64,000 nucleotides of DNA from Lama guanicoe (GCA_013239625.1 MU053559.1:3144324-3208323), one strand, 5' to 3'; positions 49,901-62,687 are shown, numbered from the stretch's first letter. The notes: a model not told the origin generated them from the sequence alone. A program made the numbers and translations.

Positions 49901-50764
49901 TTAATTCTTGATCTTGTGGCATCAGGGACAATTGTTGCAGATGTTCAGATTCCAGTCCTAAAACACTCTCAGCACAAGTATGCAATCATCACCCCCTCCC
50001 ACCCTTGGGCATCTAACATCTGCTGTCCTCACAGCTATTGGAAAACGCTGCCTCTGTCCCTGAAAGCCTTTAGCAATTCATGCAGTATGGTTGGAAGCTG
50101 CCCTTATATCTCACCCTTCCACTCTGACCCAGGAGTTTTTGAATCCATAGGTCTTACCCTGAGTGGGCCATGATTCCTACAGCCCGCAGATTCTTTGCTG
50201 GGGAAGAGGGAAGTCAGATGTGTTTGTTGTACTGTGTTGTAGGTGCTTTGTTTTTTTGGTGCCACTTTCTGTGACCATCAGCTTTCATCAGATGCCAGTG
50301 TGTTATTACAGGAGTGCTGAACTTGGGTGTTACAAGGAGCTTACTTCAGCCTATGTATGCCCGACACACACACCTCCATCTCATTGACAGTCTCTGGTTT
50401 TACCTTGATGTTGACTTTCCTCCATAATATCCATCAAGAAGGTACTGGGACAGATCATGAACTCCTGGTCTCCATCTTTAGATGTACTGTTCATGTGTAT
50501 ACAATTCACAGCTGCCTTTAAGCTTTTCCATTGTTCTAGTCTTATCAGTAGAATCAGTTACCCTTCTTCAGAAATTCTAGAATTAATTTCAAATAGAATC
50601 CCTTAAGTCAGTGAAAATGATACATTTTACTAATATTTGTTGTGCTCAAAGTTTGAGAAGATACTTATTTTTCTCAATATGTAAACAAATTACCCTTTAG
50701 ATCACTTAATAATCTTATTCTGTTTTTAAAAAGGTATTAAAGCACAGGTTTAGAGACAAAATGC

Positions 50765-51200
50765 ATTTATTTTTAATGGCTTTATACTGCAAGTAATGGA
50801 ATACCTGACCAATAGAAGCTTAAACACGCAGGGATTTTTTTTTCACCAAGCAGGAAGTCTGGAGGTAGGTGGCTGCTGGCATACACTTTAAAGGCTCAAT
50901 GCTGAGCCAGCATCTCTGCAGTCCTCCCCACCTTCCTGCCATGATCCCAAGGTGGCTGCTGCAGCTCCAGGCATTATGTATACATCTCAAGGCAAGAAGA
51001 GGTGAGTTAGGGGCAGCATCACCTGCATTTGTCCCTTGGCTCAAGAGGACAAAAGCCTTTTCCAGAATTCCAGAACAGACTTCTAAAAAGGAGGCTGAGG
51101 AAACAAGTGGAGTGTTTAGCCTTTTCTAGCTTCTAAATGCGGACTAGCAACAGAGAAGGAATTTGAGAATGGATGTACTAATCAGCTACAATGAACCAGT
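50765..51200 (-). mobile_element. MaLR LTR (MLT1J/K-like)
   Basis: tgcaagtaatggaa..ggaagtctggaggtagg..caaggtggctgctgcagctccaggcat. Confidence 0.65.
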
Positions 51201-52162
51201 GATGTTAACTGACTTTGGGGAAAGTCTTTAGACTTCTTTTTATTGATTGGTGCTTTGAATTGAATTATTTAGTGAAAAAAAATCAGCACTTTCTGAGCAA
51301 GGGGCCGCACATCTTTCTAGATCTTATTGATTTAACTTTCGTTTTCACTCTCCTGATTTAAATACGTTATTTAATGTATAAAACCAATCTTGTTGTATTG
51401 AATTGATGGCTACGAACCATGAGCACAACATTTTTCCAGGTTAGGTTTGCAAAGAGAGGAAAATTAGCTTAAATGTGTTTGAAGTTTTCTTTGACATGAC
51501 TTTTTTTATTTTTACATTTGGGGTTTCCTTTTGAGTGATTTAGCTTTATTAATAAGTAATGATAGCTTTCATGCTCTTACAGTCCTGAGCTCTAAGATCC
51601 CACTCTACCCAAGGCAATTTTGTTGTTATTTTCTCTGGGAGGTTCACAGTATTTGCTGAATGACTTCTTTTTCTCTATAAAAGTGCAGAAAAGAAGAAAA
51701 GAGAAAATGAATTTTTAAAATAAATACGCTGTGAAGGGAGGGGAAAAAAAAAAAACTATTCACAGAACAGAAGCAAACTAGTCCCAAACCTGATCAGGCA
51801 GGAATATCTAAGAATGATAGTTTCAGGTAATTCTATATCGTATTTTCCATCAACCTCAAAAGGAGTTAGAAAAGTAAATGTTGTTAATATATATGGAAAT
51901 ATTAAATATTAACTGGCTCTCTTCAGGCACCAAATTCTTAGTAACTTCTGGTGACTGTAAAAGAGTTTCTGTGATATTCTCTAATACCTATTTTGCTTTT
52001 AAGGGATTGAGTTCAGGAGCAATTATTGGATTTGTTCCCTCCCTTCCAGATTATGGTGGTCATTTTCGTTATTTGTCAAAAGCAAAAGTAGTGATTCATC
52101 TCTGACGAGTTAAACAAGGGGAGAGCTGTTTCTTTCTTCTAAGAGGGCACAAACAATGCAAG

Positions 52163-52380
52163 GCTTAATGGTTAAGGGCTCAGACTTTGAGTGTTCATCC
52201 TGGATTCGCTATTTATACTAGTTGACTGACCTTGGGCAAATTACTTGAACTCTCTGTGCCTGAGTATCCCCATCTATAAAGTGGGGATAATGACAAAGTG
52301 TACTCAGAGATTTTCTCTGAGAATTAAAAGAATTTAATGCTCCCTAAAGCACTTAGAGGAGTGCTAAACATGCCTGCTGT
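52163..52380 (+). mobile_element. MIR SINE
   Basis: tggttaagggctcagactttg..tgaccttgggcaaattacttgaactctctgtgcctgagtatccccatctataaagtggggataat. Confidence 0.85.
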
Positions 52381-54445
52381 TATGGCTGGGGGAAGGATAT
52401 TCACATCCAAAGATAGGCTTCTGGCTCATGGTGGCCCTAATGAGCTGTCAGCTTCCTAGCAGGCACCTCATTTTTCTTGCCTTTGTCATGTGGTTGTCAA
52501 GCATCTGGTCTTTGGAGCACAGTCTAGAAAGAAACAAAGGGCCTCTGATGTGCTGCAACTCTGAAAGAGAGATTATAAATGGGTAAACAACTCTAGATGC
52601 TTATGACTATAACCTGCTTCTCAGTTTGGGTTAGCTTTACGGTTTCTCTAATGGCCCTGACAACTTATTGATTATCCATTAATCAATCCAATCGTGTGAT
52701 AAAATTACTCCTCTAATCTTTAGCAACAAGGAAGGGGCAGTGATACCAGCTATTAATTTGATGGGAAACATCAAGAAGAGTCTGGATTTGCTGTTGCATT
52801 TCCAGTAGTGGTGCTGTAAGTGGAACCCAAGGAGTTGAGATATCAAGGAACATTGGATCTGGGGTTAATATGTTCCTGATTTTATCATTTGCTAAGACAT
52901 TTGCCTAGTTTCTTTGGACCGAGACTAAACACCATTTCATAGTCACTAGAGCAAAGGGCAGGTGGACCTGTGATCCTAAGAGATTATAACGGCAAATCTC
53001 AAGTTTGCATATGTGTGTGTGTGTGTATGTATGTAGGGGCAAACATTTGAAACAGGTGCCCTATGGACTTTTACATCATACCAAACAAATCCTCCAGCAA
53101 TTAGTTTCTAAAGTATGGAATTTTGAATTGAAACTTCAGTCCATACCCTGATAGTGCATCAGTGGAATTTTACATGCTGTGCTGATGACAATAAGAATAG
53201 AAATTGACATTACTGAACTTTAAAGAAGTGTGTGTTGTTGTTTGTGGTTTGGGTTGTGTGAATTTACAACTCACAAACCAGGAGTTTTGGAAAGGTTTTG
53301 GTAATTGTTCTTGTTTCATGTTAAAAGTATTCAAGAATATGGTCTGGCTGACTTTATTTTATTTATCAAAGAATTGGAAATATTGAACTAGTATCTAGCT
53401 AATACTCTGTGTGGAGAAATTGCTTATCAATTTATCAGGAACTTGATTGAACTACCTTCTGAATTTTACACATTGTGGTTTCTCTTCAGTTTTCAGAACA
53501 TTGGTAGATCATATGTTTAAAGGAAAAGGCCTCACTGTGTGGTATGGTTAGTCATTGTCACTAGCTAGATGAAAATGTACTGACAAGAGTTCATAACAGT
53601 TGTGTATGTGTATGGTTAGGGGAAGCAGGTGCACCACCTTTGTCCTTTGCTTCTTCCAGTCCCTTCTCTTTCCCTTTCTACTGTGGTGGTGACTGAGAAA
53701 GGATAGGCCAACCTTGCTGAGGGCACTTTTGGCTCAATCCACTGCTTTAGTTTCCTTCAGAAATCTCAGAAATGAGAAACTCAGCCTGTGCTGTTATAAC
53801 CATACTTGGAAGCTGCAGCAGTATGTCAGCTAAGGAGCCAGGTGATGGAAGTACTTTGTCTTCCTTATTGCTTTTTCTGCCCCCCCCCACCCCTCCCACC
53901 TTCCCAAGTGGAAGTGAGGCTGGCATGAAACTTTCAAGTCACCTCCCATCCCTCTTCCTTTCTTGATATGTCCAATCACTGATGTTGGTTTCTTTGCCTG
54001 ATGTCTGCTGGAGCAGTGCTGCTCTAAGTGTGGTGTGTGTTTGTGATATTGGGAACTTACATAGCAATTTGACATTGCTGTGATATCTGAGGGTGTAATC
54101 AGTGAGCTTGTGAGCTTTTATGTCTTTGTTTTTATTTCAGTGTCTTTTTTTTCAAGGTTGCTAATTAGTTGACTTTATTTTTTAAATTATAAACTTACTC
54201 AATTTCTTATAGTTAATTTTTATTGTATATGACAAAAGTATCAGTCTCAAATGATTTGGGAAAAGAAGCTTTCAAACTTGCCCTTCCTCAATAGTTAGAA
54301 GGCCCCTGGCCTGTAGGACGTCCCTCCCTTCCTGTTCCCACTGTCTTCACCCTTCGTGCAGGCCTTTCTCACCCTAGGCCTGCTCAGCTGCACTAGCAGC
54401 CTTGTCTGCCTACCTCTCACCTCTCATCCCAATCCATCATTTTTT

Positions 54446-55301
54446 AAAAACTGAAGCACAGTCAGTTACAGTGTGTCAATTTCTGGTGTACAACACAATG
54501 TCCCAGTCATGCATATACATACATATATTCATTTTCATATTCATTTTCATTAAAGGTTATTACAAGATATTGAACATAGTTCCCTGTGGTATACAGAAGA
54601 AACTTTTTAAAAATCTATTTTTATATATAGTGGCTAACATTTGTAAATCTCAAACTCTCAAATTTATCCCTTCCTACCCCCTTTCCCCAGTAACCATAAG
54701 ATTGTTTACAAAGTCTGAGAGTCTGTTTCTGTTTGTAGATGAGTTCATAGTGTCCTTTTTTTTTTTTTACATTCCACATATGAGTGATATCATATGGTAT
54801 TTTTCTTTCTCTTTCTGGCTTACTTCACTTAGAATGACGAACTCTAGGTCTATCCATGTTGCTGTAAATGGCATTATTTTATTCTTTTTATGGCAGAGTA
54901 GTAGTCCATTTTATAAATATACCACAACTTCTTGATCCAGTCACCTGTCGATGCTCAGTATCATTAATTATCAGAGAAATGCAAATCAAAAATACAATGA
55001 GGTGTCACCTCGCACCAGTCAGAATGACCATCATTCAAAAGTCCACAAACAATAAATGCTGGAGAGGCTGCGGGGAAAAGGGAACCCTCCTACACTGCTG
55101 GTAGGAATGCAGGTTGGTGCAGCCATTATGGAAAACAGTACGGAGATTCCTAAAAAAACTAAAAATAGACTTACCATATGATCCACCAATCCCACTCCTG
55201 GGCATATATCAGGAGGGAACTCTAATGCGAAAAGATACATGTACCCCAATGTTCAAAGCAGCACTATATACAATAGGCAAGGCATGTAAGCACCCTAAAT
55301 G
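54446..55301 (-). mobile_element. Young L1 with 5' inversion (twin priming)
   Basis: Reverse 3' end 54446-54953, forward ORF2 end 54950-55307; TSD TCCATCATTTTTT (54433, 55302). Confidence 0.9.
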
Positions 55302-55630
55302 TCCATCATTTTTTTAAATGTCAGGTGCAGAGAGGTGAATTAATTTTATTCCTCTGTTTCTGGTACAGTTTCACCGTTGATCTGTGCAAGGTCTCTCTCT
55401 TATGTATTTTTATTCTTCATCATTCCCAATCCCTAGTCTCATTCCCTTTCCACTTTGCATAGGCTTGCATACATGTGTCTTTGATGTACATTCTTGAATC
55501 TGTATATGTAAAATATGTAGCATTGTTTTTTGTATTTTTAAAAAAATACGTAAATGATACTGTGTGCTACAGATACCAGTTTCACCCAATAATATGTTTT
55601 AAGGATCTGTGTTGCTGTATGTACATCTGG

Positions 55631-56004
55631 TGATATGTGTCCTCCCCAAATCCATGTGTTGAAGCCTTGACCCCCCCCCTGCCAAATCCCTACCCACCTC
55701 TAACATGATGGTATTTGAAGATACGGCCTTGGGAGGTCGTTAGGTTTAGATGAGGTCATGTGGGTGGGGCCCCCATGATGAAATTCATGCCCTTATCTTG
55801 TGCTGTCTCTCTCTCTCACTGCCCTGTGAGGTCACAGTGAGAAATAGGCATTCTGCAAGCTAAGAATAGAAGCTTCACTGGGCAACTGAATTGGCCAGCA
55901 TCTTCATCTTGGACTTCCCAGCCTCCAGAACTGTGAGAAATCAATTTCTGTTGTTTCAGCCACCTAGTCTGTGATATTTTGTTATGGCAGCCTGAGCTAA
56001 TCCA
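55631..56004 (+). mobile_element. MaLR solo LTR (MLT1A-like)
   Basis: TG...CA; perfect 5-bp TSD TCTGG; tcttggacttcccagcctccagaactgtgagaaa. Confidence 0.9.
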
Positions 56005-56077
56005 TCTGGTTTATTGCTTCAGAGCAGTGACATGAAGATCTGCCATAGTGTACTTACCCATTAAACCATATTTCCTT

Positions 56078-57906
56078 TTTTTTTCCTCACATATACATAC
56101 ATATATATTTTTTCTTTTCAGATTCTTTTCCACGGTAAGTCTATTTTTAGTTTTTTAAGGAACCTCCATCTGTCCTCCATAGTGGCTGCACCAATTTACA
56201 TTCCCACCAGCAGTGTAGGAGGATTCCTTTTTCTCCACAGCCTCTCTACCATTTATCATTTGTGGACTTTTGAATGATGGCCATTCTGACTGGTATGAGG
56301 TGATACCTCATTGTAGTTTTGACTTGCATTTCTCTAATAATTAGTGATGTTGAGCATCTTTTCATGTGCTTGTTGGCCATCTGGATATCTTCTTTGGAGA
56401 GATGTTTATTTAGGTATTCTGCCCACTTTTTAATTGGGTTGTTTGTTTTTTTGCTATTAAGCTGTATGAGTTGTTTGTATATTTTGAAAATTAGTCCCTT
56501 GTCAGTTGTGTCATTTGCAAATGTTTTCTCCCATTCTGTAGATTACCTTTTCCTTTTGTTTATGGTTTCCTTTGCTGTACAAAAGCTTTTAAGGTTAACT
56601 AGGTCCCATTTGTTTATTTTTGCTTTTATTTCCATTACTCTAGGAGCTGGTTCAAAAAAAATATTGCTGTGATTTATATCAAAGAGTGTTCTGCCTGTAT
56701 TTTCCTCTAGGAGTTTTACAGTATCTGGTCTTGTATTTAGGCTTTTAATTCATTTTGAGTTTATTTTTGTATATGTTGTTAGAGAATATTCTCATTTCAT
56801 CCTTTTACAGATAGCTGTCCAGTTTTCCCAGCACCACTTATTGAAGAGACTGTCTTTTCTCCATTGTATATTCTTGCCTCCTTTGTCATAGATTGACCAT
56901 AAGTGCTTGGGTTTATTTCTGGACTTTCTATCCTGTTCCATTGATCTATGTGTCTGGTTTTGTGCCAGTACCATACCATTTTGATTGCTGTACCTTTGTA
57001 GTATAGTCTGAAATCAGGAAACGTAATTCCTCCAGCTCCATTCTGCTTTCTTAAGGCTATTTTGGCTATTCGAGGTCTTTTGTGTTTCTATACAAATTAA
57101 AAATTTTTTTGTTCCAGTTCTGTGAAAAATGTCATTGGTGATTTGATAGGGATTGCATTGAATCTGTATATTACCTTGGGTAGTATCACCATTTTACCAA
57201 TATTGATTCTTACAATCCAAGAACACAGTATATCTTTACATCTGTTTATGTCATCTTCAGTTTCTTTCATCAGTGTCTTTTAGTTTTCAGAGTACAGGTC
57301 CTTTGCCTCCTTAGATAGGTTTAGTCCTAGGTATTTTATTCTTTTTGATGTGATGGTAAATGGGATTATTTTCTTAATTTCTTTGTCTGCTATTTCATTG
57401 TTTGTGTATTGAAATGCCACTGATTTCGATACCAATCCACAAACCAATCAATGTGATACACCACATTAACAAACTAAAGAATAGAAACCATATGATCATC
57501 TCAATAGATGCAGAAAAAGCTTTTGATAAAGTTCAACATCCATTTGTGATAAAAACTCTTCGGAAAGTGGGCATAGAGGGAACAGAGGGAACATACCTCA
57601 ACATAATAAAGGCCATACATGACAAACCCACAGCTAACATTATTCTCAGTGGTGAAAAGCTGGAAGTATTTCCTGTAGTATCAGGAATAAGACAAAGATG
57701 TCTACTCTTGTCGCTTTTATCCAATGTAGTATTGGAAGTCCTAGCCGCAGCAATCAGAAGAAAAAGAAATAAAAGGAATCCAGATTGGAAAAGAAGAAGT
57801 AAAACTGTCACTGTTTGCAGATGACATGATACTACACATAGAAAATCCTAAAGAGGCTACCAGAAAACTATTAGAGCTCATCAATAAATTTGGTAACATT
57901 GCAGCA
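56078..57906 (-). mobile_element. L1 with 5' inversion and an internal 3' UTR deletion
   Basis: Reverse ORF2 ~56135-57427 ([19 protein letters not shown]); forward ORF2 RT ~57430-57906 ([19 protein letters not shown]); TSD TAAACCATATTT(C/T)CTT (56062, 57907). Confidence 0.9.
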
Positions 57907-58264
57907 TAAACCATATTTTCTTATTCATTTCATCAACATAGATATCTAGGTTGCTGCCAACTTCCCCAAAATACCATTGCACATTCTCATATATATCCAT
58001 TTATTGGCTACTATGAGATTTTCTCTGAGATATCTACCCATCTGTGAGATTCTTGAATCATAGGGAGTACACATGCCCTGTTTTGCTGAGTAGTACTGCA
58101 TTGCTTTCCAGTATGACAGTTAACTCTCCCATCAGCAAAACATTAGATAGGGTTCCTATTTCCCCACGTTCTCTCCAACCTTTGATGTTGTCCAGGTTTC
58201 TAACTCTTGCCATTCTAAAGGCTATAAAATGGCTAGTTAGGCTTTTTTATAGCCTTTAGAATAG

Positions 58265-58767
58265 CCTAAATGTGTATCAACAGATGAGTGGATAAAGAAG
58301 ATGTGGTATATTTATACAATGGAATACTATTCAGCCATAAAACCTGACAACATAATGCCATTTGCAGCAACATGGATGCTCCTGGAGAATGTCATTCTAA
58401 GTGAAGTAAACCAGAAAGAGAAAGAAAAATACCATATGAGATCACTCATATGTGGAATCTAAAAAAAAAAAAAAAGAAAATAACTACAAAACAGAAACAG
58501 ACTCATAGACATAGAATACAAACTTGTGGTTGCCAAGGGGGCAGGGGGGAAGGGACAGACTGGGATTTTAAAATGTAGAATAGATAAATGAGATTATACT
58601 GTATAGCACATGGAAATATGTACAAGATCTTATGGTAGCTCACAGAGAAAAAAATGTGACAGTGAATATATATATGTTCATGTATAACTGAAAAATTGTG
58701 CTCTACACTGGAATTTAACACAACATTGTAAAATGATTATAACTCAATAAAAAATGTTAAAATTAAA
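58265..58767 (+). mobile_element. Young L1 3' end
   Basis: L1 3' UTR with A-rich tail; perfect 15-bp TSD AAAGGCTATAAAATG (58217, 58768). Confidence 0.9.
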
Positions 58768-59149
58768 AAAGGCTATAAAATGATTTTTAGTCTAAAACAT
58801 TGCCACCCCAGACAGTCTTTTATTATATTTTATCCTTGTTCAAGGAGAACTTCAGATGTATATGGTAATTAAATATGAGGCTTTCCATAATATATACCTC
58901 CTTACATTTTCTACTCTATCTCACCCTCTTCCAAACATGAACTTGTCCCTTTTACTTAGACTTGCTCCTCTCTTGCCCCTCACACTAGGCACTGTCAGCT
59001 CAGCTGCAGTGCATCACTCGTAAACCTACCCAGAACACCCTTGGCTCTCCTCTAATTCATCCCATTCCTCCAGGCCTGCGACAGTATCCAGCTACCTGCA
59101 GGACCTCAACACAACTTCAGCCCATTGGTTTATGGCTCTGGGCAGATAA

Positions 59150-59385
59150 ACTTACCAGAGCTTGGAGTCAATGAACTTAGGTTCAGATGCAGGCTCCACT
59201 AGTTACTGTATAACCGTGGATGTGCTAGTCTACCTGTCTCTACCTGCTCTGCATTGGTTTCCTCATTGGTAAAATGGCAGTAATAAAGCCTATCAAATAG
59301 TTTTGTGATTGTGAAATTAGGTAGTGTATATAAAGCCCTTAGTAAAGGGTCTAGCATATAGTAAGTGATCAAAAATGGTAGCTGT
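59150..59385 (+). mobile_element. MIR SINE
   Basis: ttggtttcctcattggtaaaatggcagtaata..gcatatagtaagtgatcaa. Confidence 0.75.
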
Positions 59386-59670
59386 CCTGCTTGCTTTATG
59401 TATCTAAATCTTGACTCATCAGCAAGATAGTGGGTTTCTTCTTCAGGGCAGGGGCTGAGTCTTATGCTTGTTTTAAGTGGTGTATCTGGCACAAAGCTAG
59501 GAATATAGTAAATGCTTAAGAAACATTTGTTGGTTTGACCTGAAGTAAGTTTGTGATTGTCCGAAGTTACTTGCTTTGAAAAAAGGAACATTGTTATGAA
59601 ATTCTGTTATTCCACCGTTCATTTTAACCAGTCCAACTTGCGCTTTGTTATGGTGACTTGTGGTAAAGTG

Positions 59671-59672
<2 letters not shown>

Positions 59673-59701
<29 letters not shown>
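59673..59701. repeat. (TG)n microsatellite
   Basis: Direct inspection. Confidence 0.95.
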
Positions 59702-59959
59702 CAGGGGGGAGTAGGGTGGTGGTAGAGGTTGTGGCAGTGGATTCTCTATGGGGCAAGCCAGACTGCAGGTCACCATCCTAACCACAGCCTGTAGCTTTCC
59801 TTCCACTGCCTTTGACCTGAGCTGTTCATCTGCCTGGGGAAGCTGTTGTGGCCCTGGCTCCCTTAGGCAAGGATGCTCAGGCCCTTCCCCATTCTTCCGG
59901 GCTGCATTCACTACATGAGGAAACGACGCCTTGCCTTTTCTTTTCTTTTAACAGTGAGT

Positions 59960-60497
59960 ATTTAATTTTTATTGTTATTGAAATGTAACTCACATAAAAC
60001 ATCATGTTAGTTGCAGGTGTACAGTGCAATGATTGGATATTTGTATATATAGCAAAATGATCACAGTAAGTCTAGTTAGCATGCATCATCACACAGTTAC
60101 AAGTTTTTTTTCTTGTGATGAGACTTTTCAGATTTCCTCAATTAGCAACTTTCAAATGTACAATACGGTATTATTAACTGTAGTCACCATGCTGTGCATT
60201 ACATCACCAGGACTTATTTATCGTATAACTGGGAGTTTGTACCTTTTGACCTCCTTCACCCATTTTGCCCATCCCCCCCCCCCCCCACATCCTCCACCTC
60301 TGGCAGCCACCAATCTGTTCTCTGTATCTGTGAGCTTGGTTTTTTAATTTTTATTTTAAGATTCCACATATAAATGAGATCATGTGATTTTTGTCCTTCT
60401 CTATCTGACTTATTTCACTTAGCATAATGCCCTCAAAGTCCATTCATGTTGTTGCAAGTGGCAGGATTTCATTCTTTTTTATGGCTGAAAAATATCC

Positions 60498-60535
<38 letters not shown>

Positions 60536-61135
60536 CATAAACACACACACCACATTTTCTTTATTCATTCATCCATCAATGGCCACTTAGGTTGTTTCTG
60601 TGTTTCGGCTATTGTAAATAATGCTACAAATGAACATGGTGGGGTGCACATATCTTTTCAAGTTAGTGTTTTCATTTTCTTTAGATAAATACTGAGAAGT
60701 GGAATTGCTGGATCATATGGTAGTTCTACTTTTAATTTTTTGAGGAACCTCCATACTGTTTTCCATAGTGGTTACACCAATTTACATTTCCACCAGCAGT
60801 GCACGAGGGTTCTTTTCCCTTTTCTCCACGTCTTCACCAACACTTGTCATCTTTTGTCTTTTTGATGATAACCCTTCTAACAGGCGTTATGTGACATCTC
60901 ATTGTGGTTTTGATGTGTATTTCCCTGATGATCAGTGATGTTGAGCACCTTTCATGTACCTGGTGGACATTTGTGTGTCTTCTTGGAAAAATGTCTATTC
61001 AGATCCTCTGTCCAGTTTTTAATCAGTTTTTTTTTTTGCTATTTGAGTTGTATGAATTCTTTATATATTTTGGAATATTAATGCTTTATCAGATATGTTA
61101 TTTGCAAGTGTTTTCTCCTATTTCCTAGGTTGCCT
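59960..61135 (-). mobile_element. L1 3' end (L1MA9-like) with internal (TA)n
   Basis: tagtcaccatgctgtgcattacatc..gaagtggaattgctggatcatatggtagttct..tgatgttgagcacctttcatg. Confidence 0.9.
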
Positions 61136-62498
61136 TGAAACAAAGTATTTTTGAACTTCCTTTCAGACTTCCCTGTTAATGCACCATACTTTGCAAGAGG
61201 TTATTGCCCTGGCTGTATACAATGTTGGCAAACTGTTAAAGTTCAAGCAGCAAATTCAGGGCTCTGGTTACCACTGGAGAGGGAGTCAAGGGGCAGGAAC
61301 TCTAAGAGAGGGCTTTAATTGTATCTGAAATGTTCTTTTTTTTTTTATACAAGGCTGTGGCATTCATTATATGATATCATATATGATATTTATTGTATCA
61401 TATATAGTATCATATTATCATGGATATTATATTATCTTGAATTTCCTGCTTATCATTTCCATGCTTATATTATCCATAAATAATAGTTTATTTTTGAATG
61501 TTTCCAGACTTTGTATATGTGAAATCATCAAATTTTATATGCCCTTTTTACTACCTTTTTTTTTTTCCCCCTGCTGGACATTTTTTTGAGACTTGTCCAT
61601 ATCGATGCATGTCATTTTAGACCTCTGCATTAATATTCCATGGTATGAAGAGAACACAATTGAGGTATCTTTTCTGCCATTGATGGACATTGAGATTATT
61701 TCCTGGTTTTCACTCTTACAGACACTGCTGTAACAGAACCCGATCTATAGCTTTTCGTGCACAGGGGCCAAAGGTACTCAGAAGCAGACTTACTAGGTCT
61801 TGGGACATAGACACCTTTCACTTTGCTAGGTATTGCCATATTTTTCCTCAGAGGGATTTTTCTGCTTCACTTTCCTACTAGCTGCAGACGTGAGAAGGTG
61901 CGAGCCCACAATTTTACTGATCCTTGGTAGCATTATAGGGGTTTTGCTATCTCTGCGCAGATCTTCAGAGAAGATGCAAGGGGAGTGGGGAAGAGGGGAG
62001 GGCAAAGTTCTCCAATTAGGCGGAGAATGTCAGCACTGAGGAATTTCCCGTGACATTTACTTTAATGAGGCAAAGATTTTATTCTCTGTTTTGATGAAAA
62101 TAATATTTAGACTTCTCTGGGAAAACTGTTACATTTGTGCTCTGATGTAGAGGAGTTTCTTTTTTTTCCCTGTTTGCATTCTTGGCAAATAAGTAGAATA
62201 GACCAATTAGCAAGCTAATGTCCTAAATGTTCACTTGCAGTAATAGTTATTTTTAAATGTTTTAAATAGCATGGAGCATTGGGTTTATTCTTACTGCTTT
62301 TCAAGGTTTTGAATTTATTAAAATGAATTTAAAATGAGACATAACTATGGTAACGGTTGATCATAATTCTTTGCCACTCTAATATGCATCTAGTAATGGA
62401 AAAATAAATGATGGGAAATGTGTTTACCTTTTAAAACAGATTAAGACAAATCATCAAGAGTAACTTTGGCCATTTTCTGTTGTCTCTTGTGTTCACAG

Positions 62499-62687
62499 GT
62501 GGGAAAGGAGAAATTCCACAAATCTCAACATTGGGGCTTTTGCAACAATGTTAGGATGCTGGTGAGTGAAGATAAACCAGGAATAGGTGGAGAACTGCTT
62601 TTTGGACAAAAGATAAAGCCAAAGTATAATGTATTTCCTGAAGAAATGGGAAATGGCTTGCCATCCTGGGTGGCTTTTGATAAACAG
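62499..62687 (+). CDS. EFHC2: EFHC2 coding exon 2 (VGKEKFHKSQHWGFCNNVRMLVSEDKPGIGGELLFGQKIKPKYNVFPEEMGNGLPSWVAFDKQ)
   Basis: Pyrimidine tract + CACAG acceptor (AG 62497-62498); 189 nt = 63 codons without a stop; donor CAG|GTAAGT at 62688. Peptide is recognisably EFHC2 and ends at PSWVAFDKQ, around the start of the first DM10 domain. Later exons are outside the window. Confidence 0.96.

Noticed and set aside
54402..54935. Longest ORF in the window (177 aa)
   Set aside because: Antisense reading of an L1 3' UTR; low-complexity, with no gene context.
57402..57824. 140-aa ORF with reverse-transcriptase motifs
   Set aside because: Frameshifted fragment of L1 ORF2 in an inverted, truncated insertion; not a functional or novel RT system.
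61366..61440. AT-rich short palindromes (atatgatatcatat etc.)
   Set aside because: Low-complexity TA/TGA-rich tract within old L1 debris; palindromes are expected by chance.
62341..62354. ATAACTATGGTAAC X-box-like motif before exon 2
   Set aside because: Left half-site is mismatched and the context is AT-rich without promoter features; chance occurrence is plausible.
62466..62498. ORF-track extensions of exon 2 (upstream MAIFCCLLCSQ and downstream VSHMTLGDVHP)
   Set aside because: Intronic read-through beyond the canonical splice sites.
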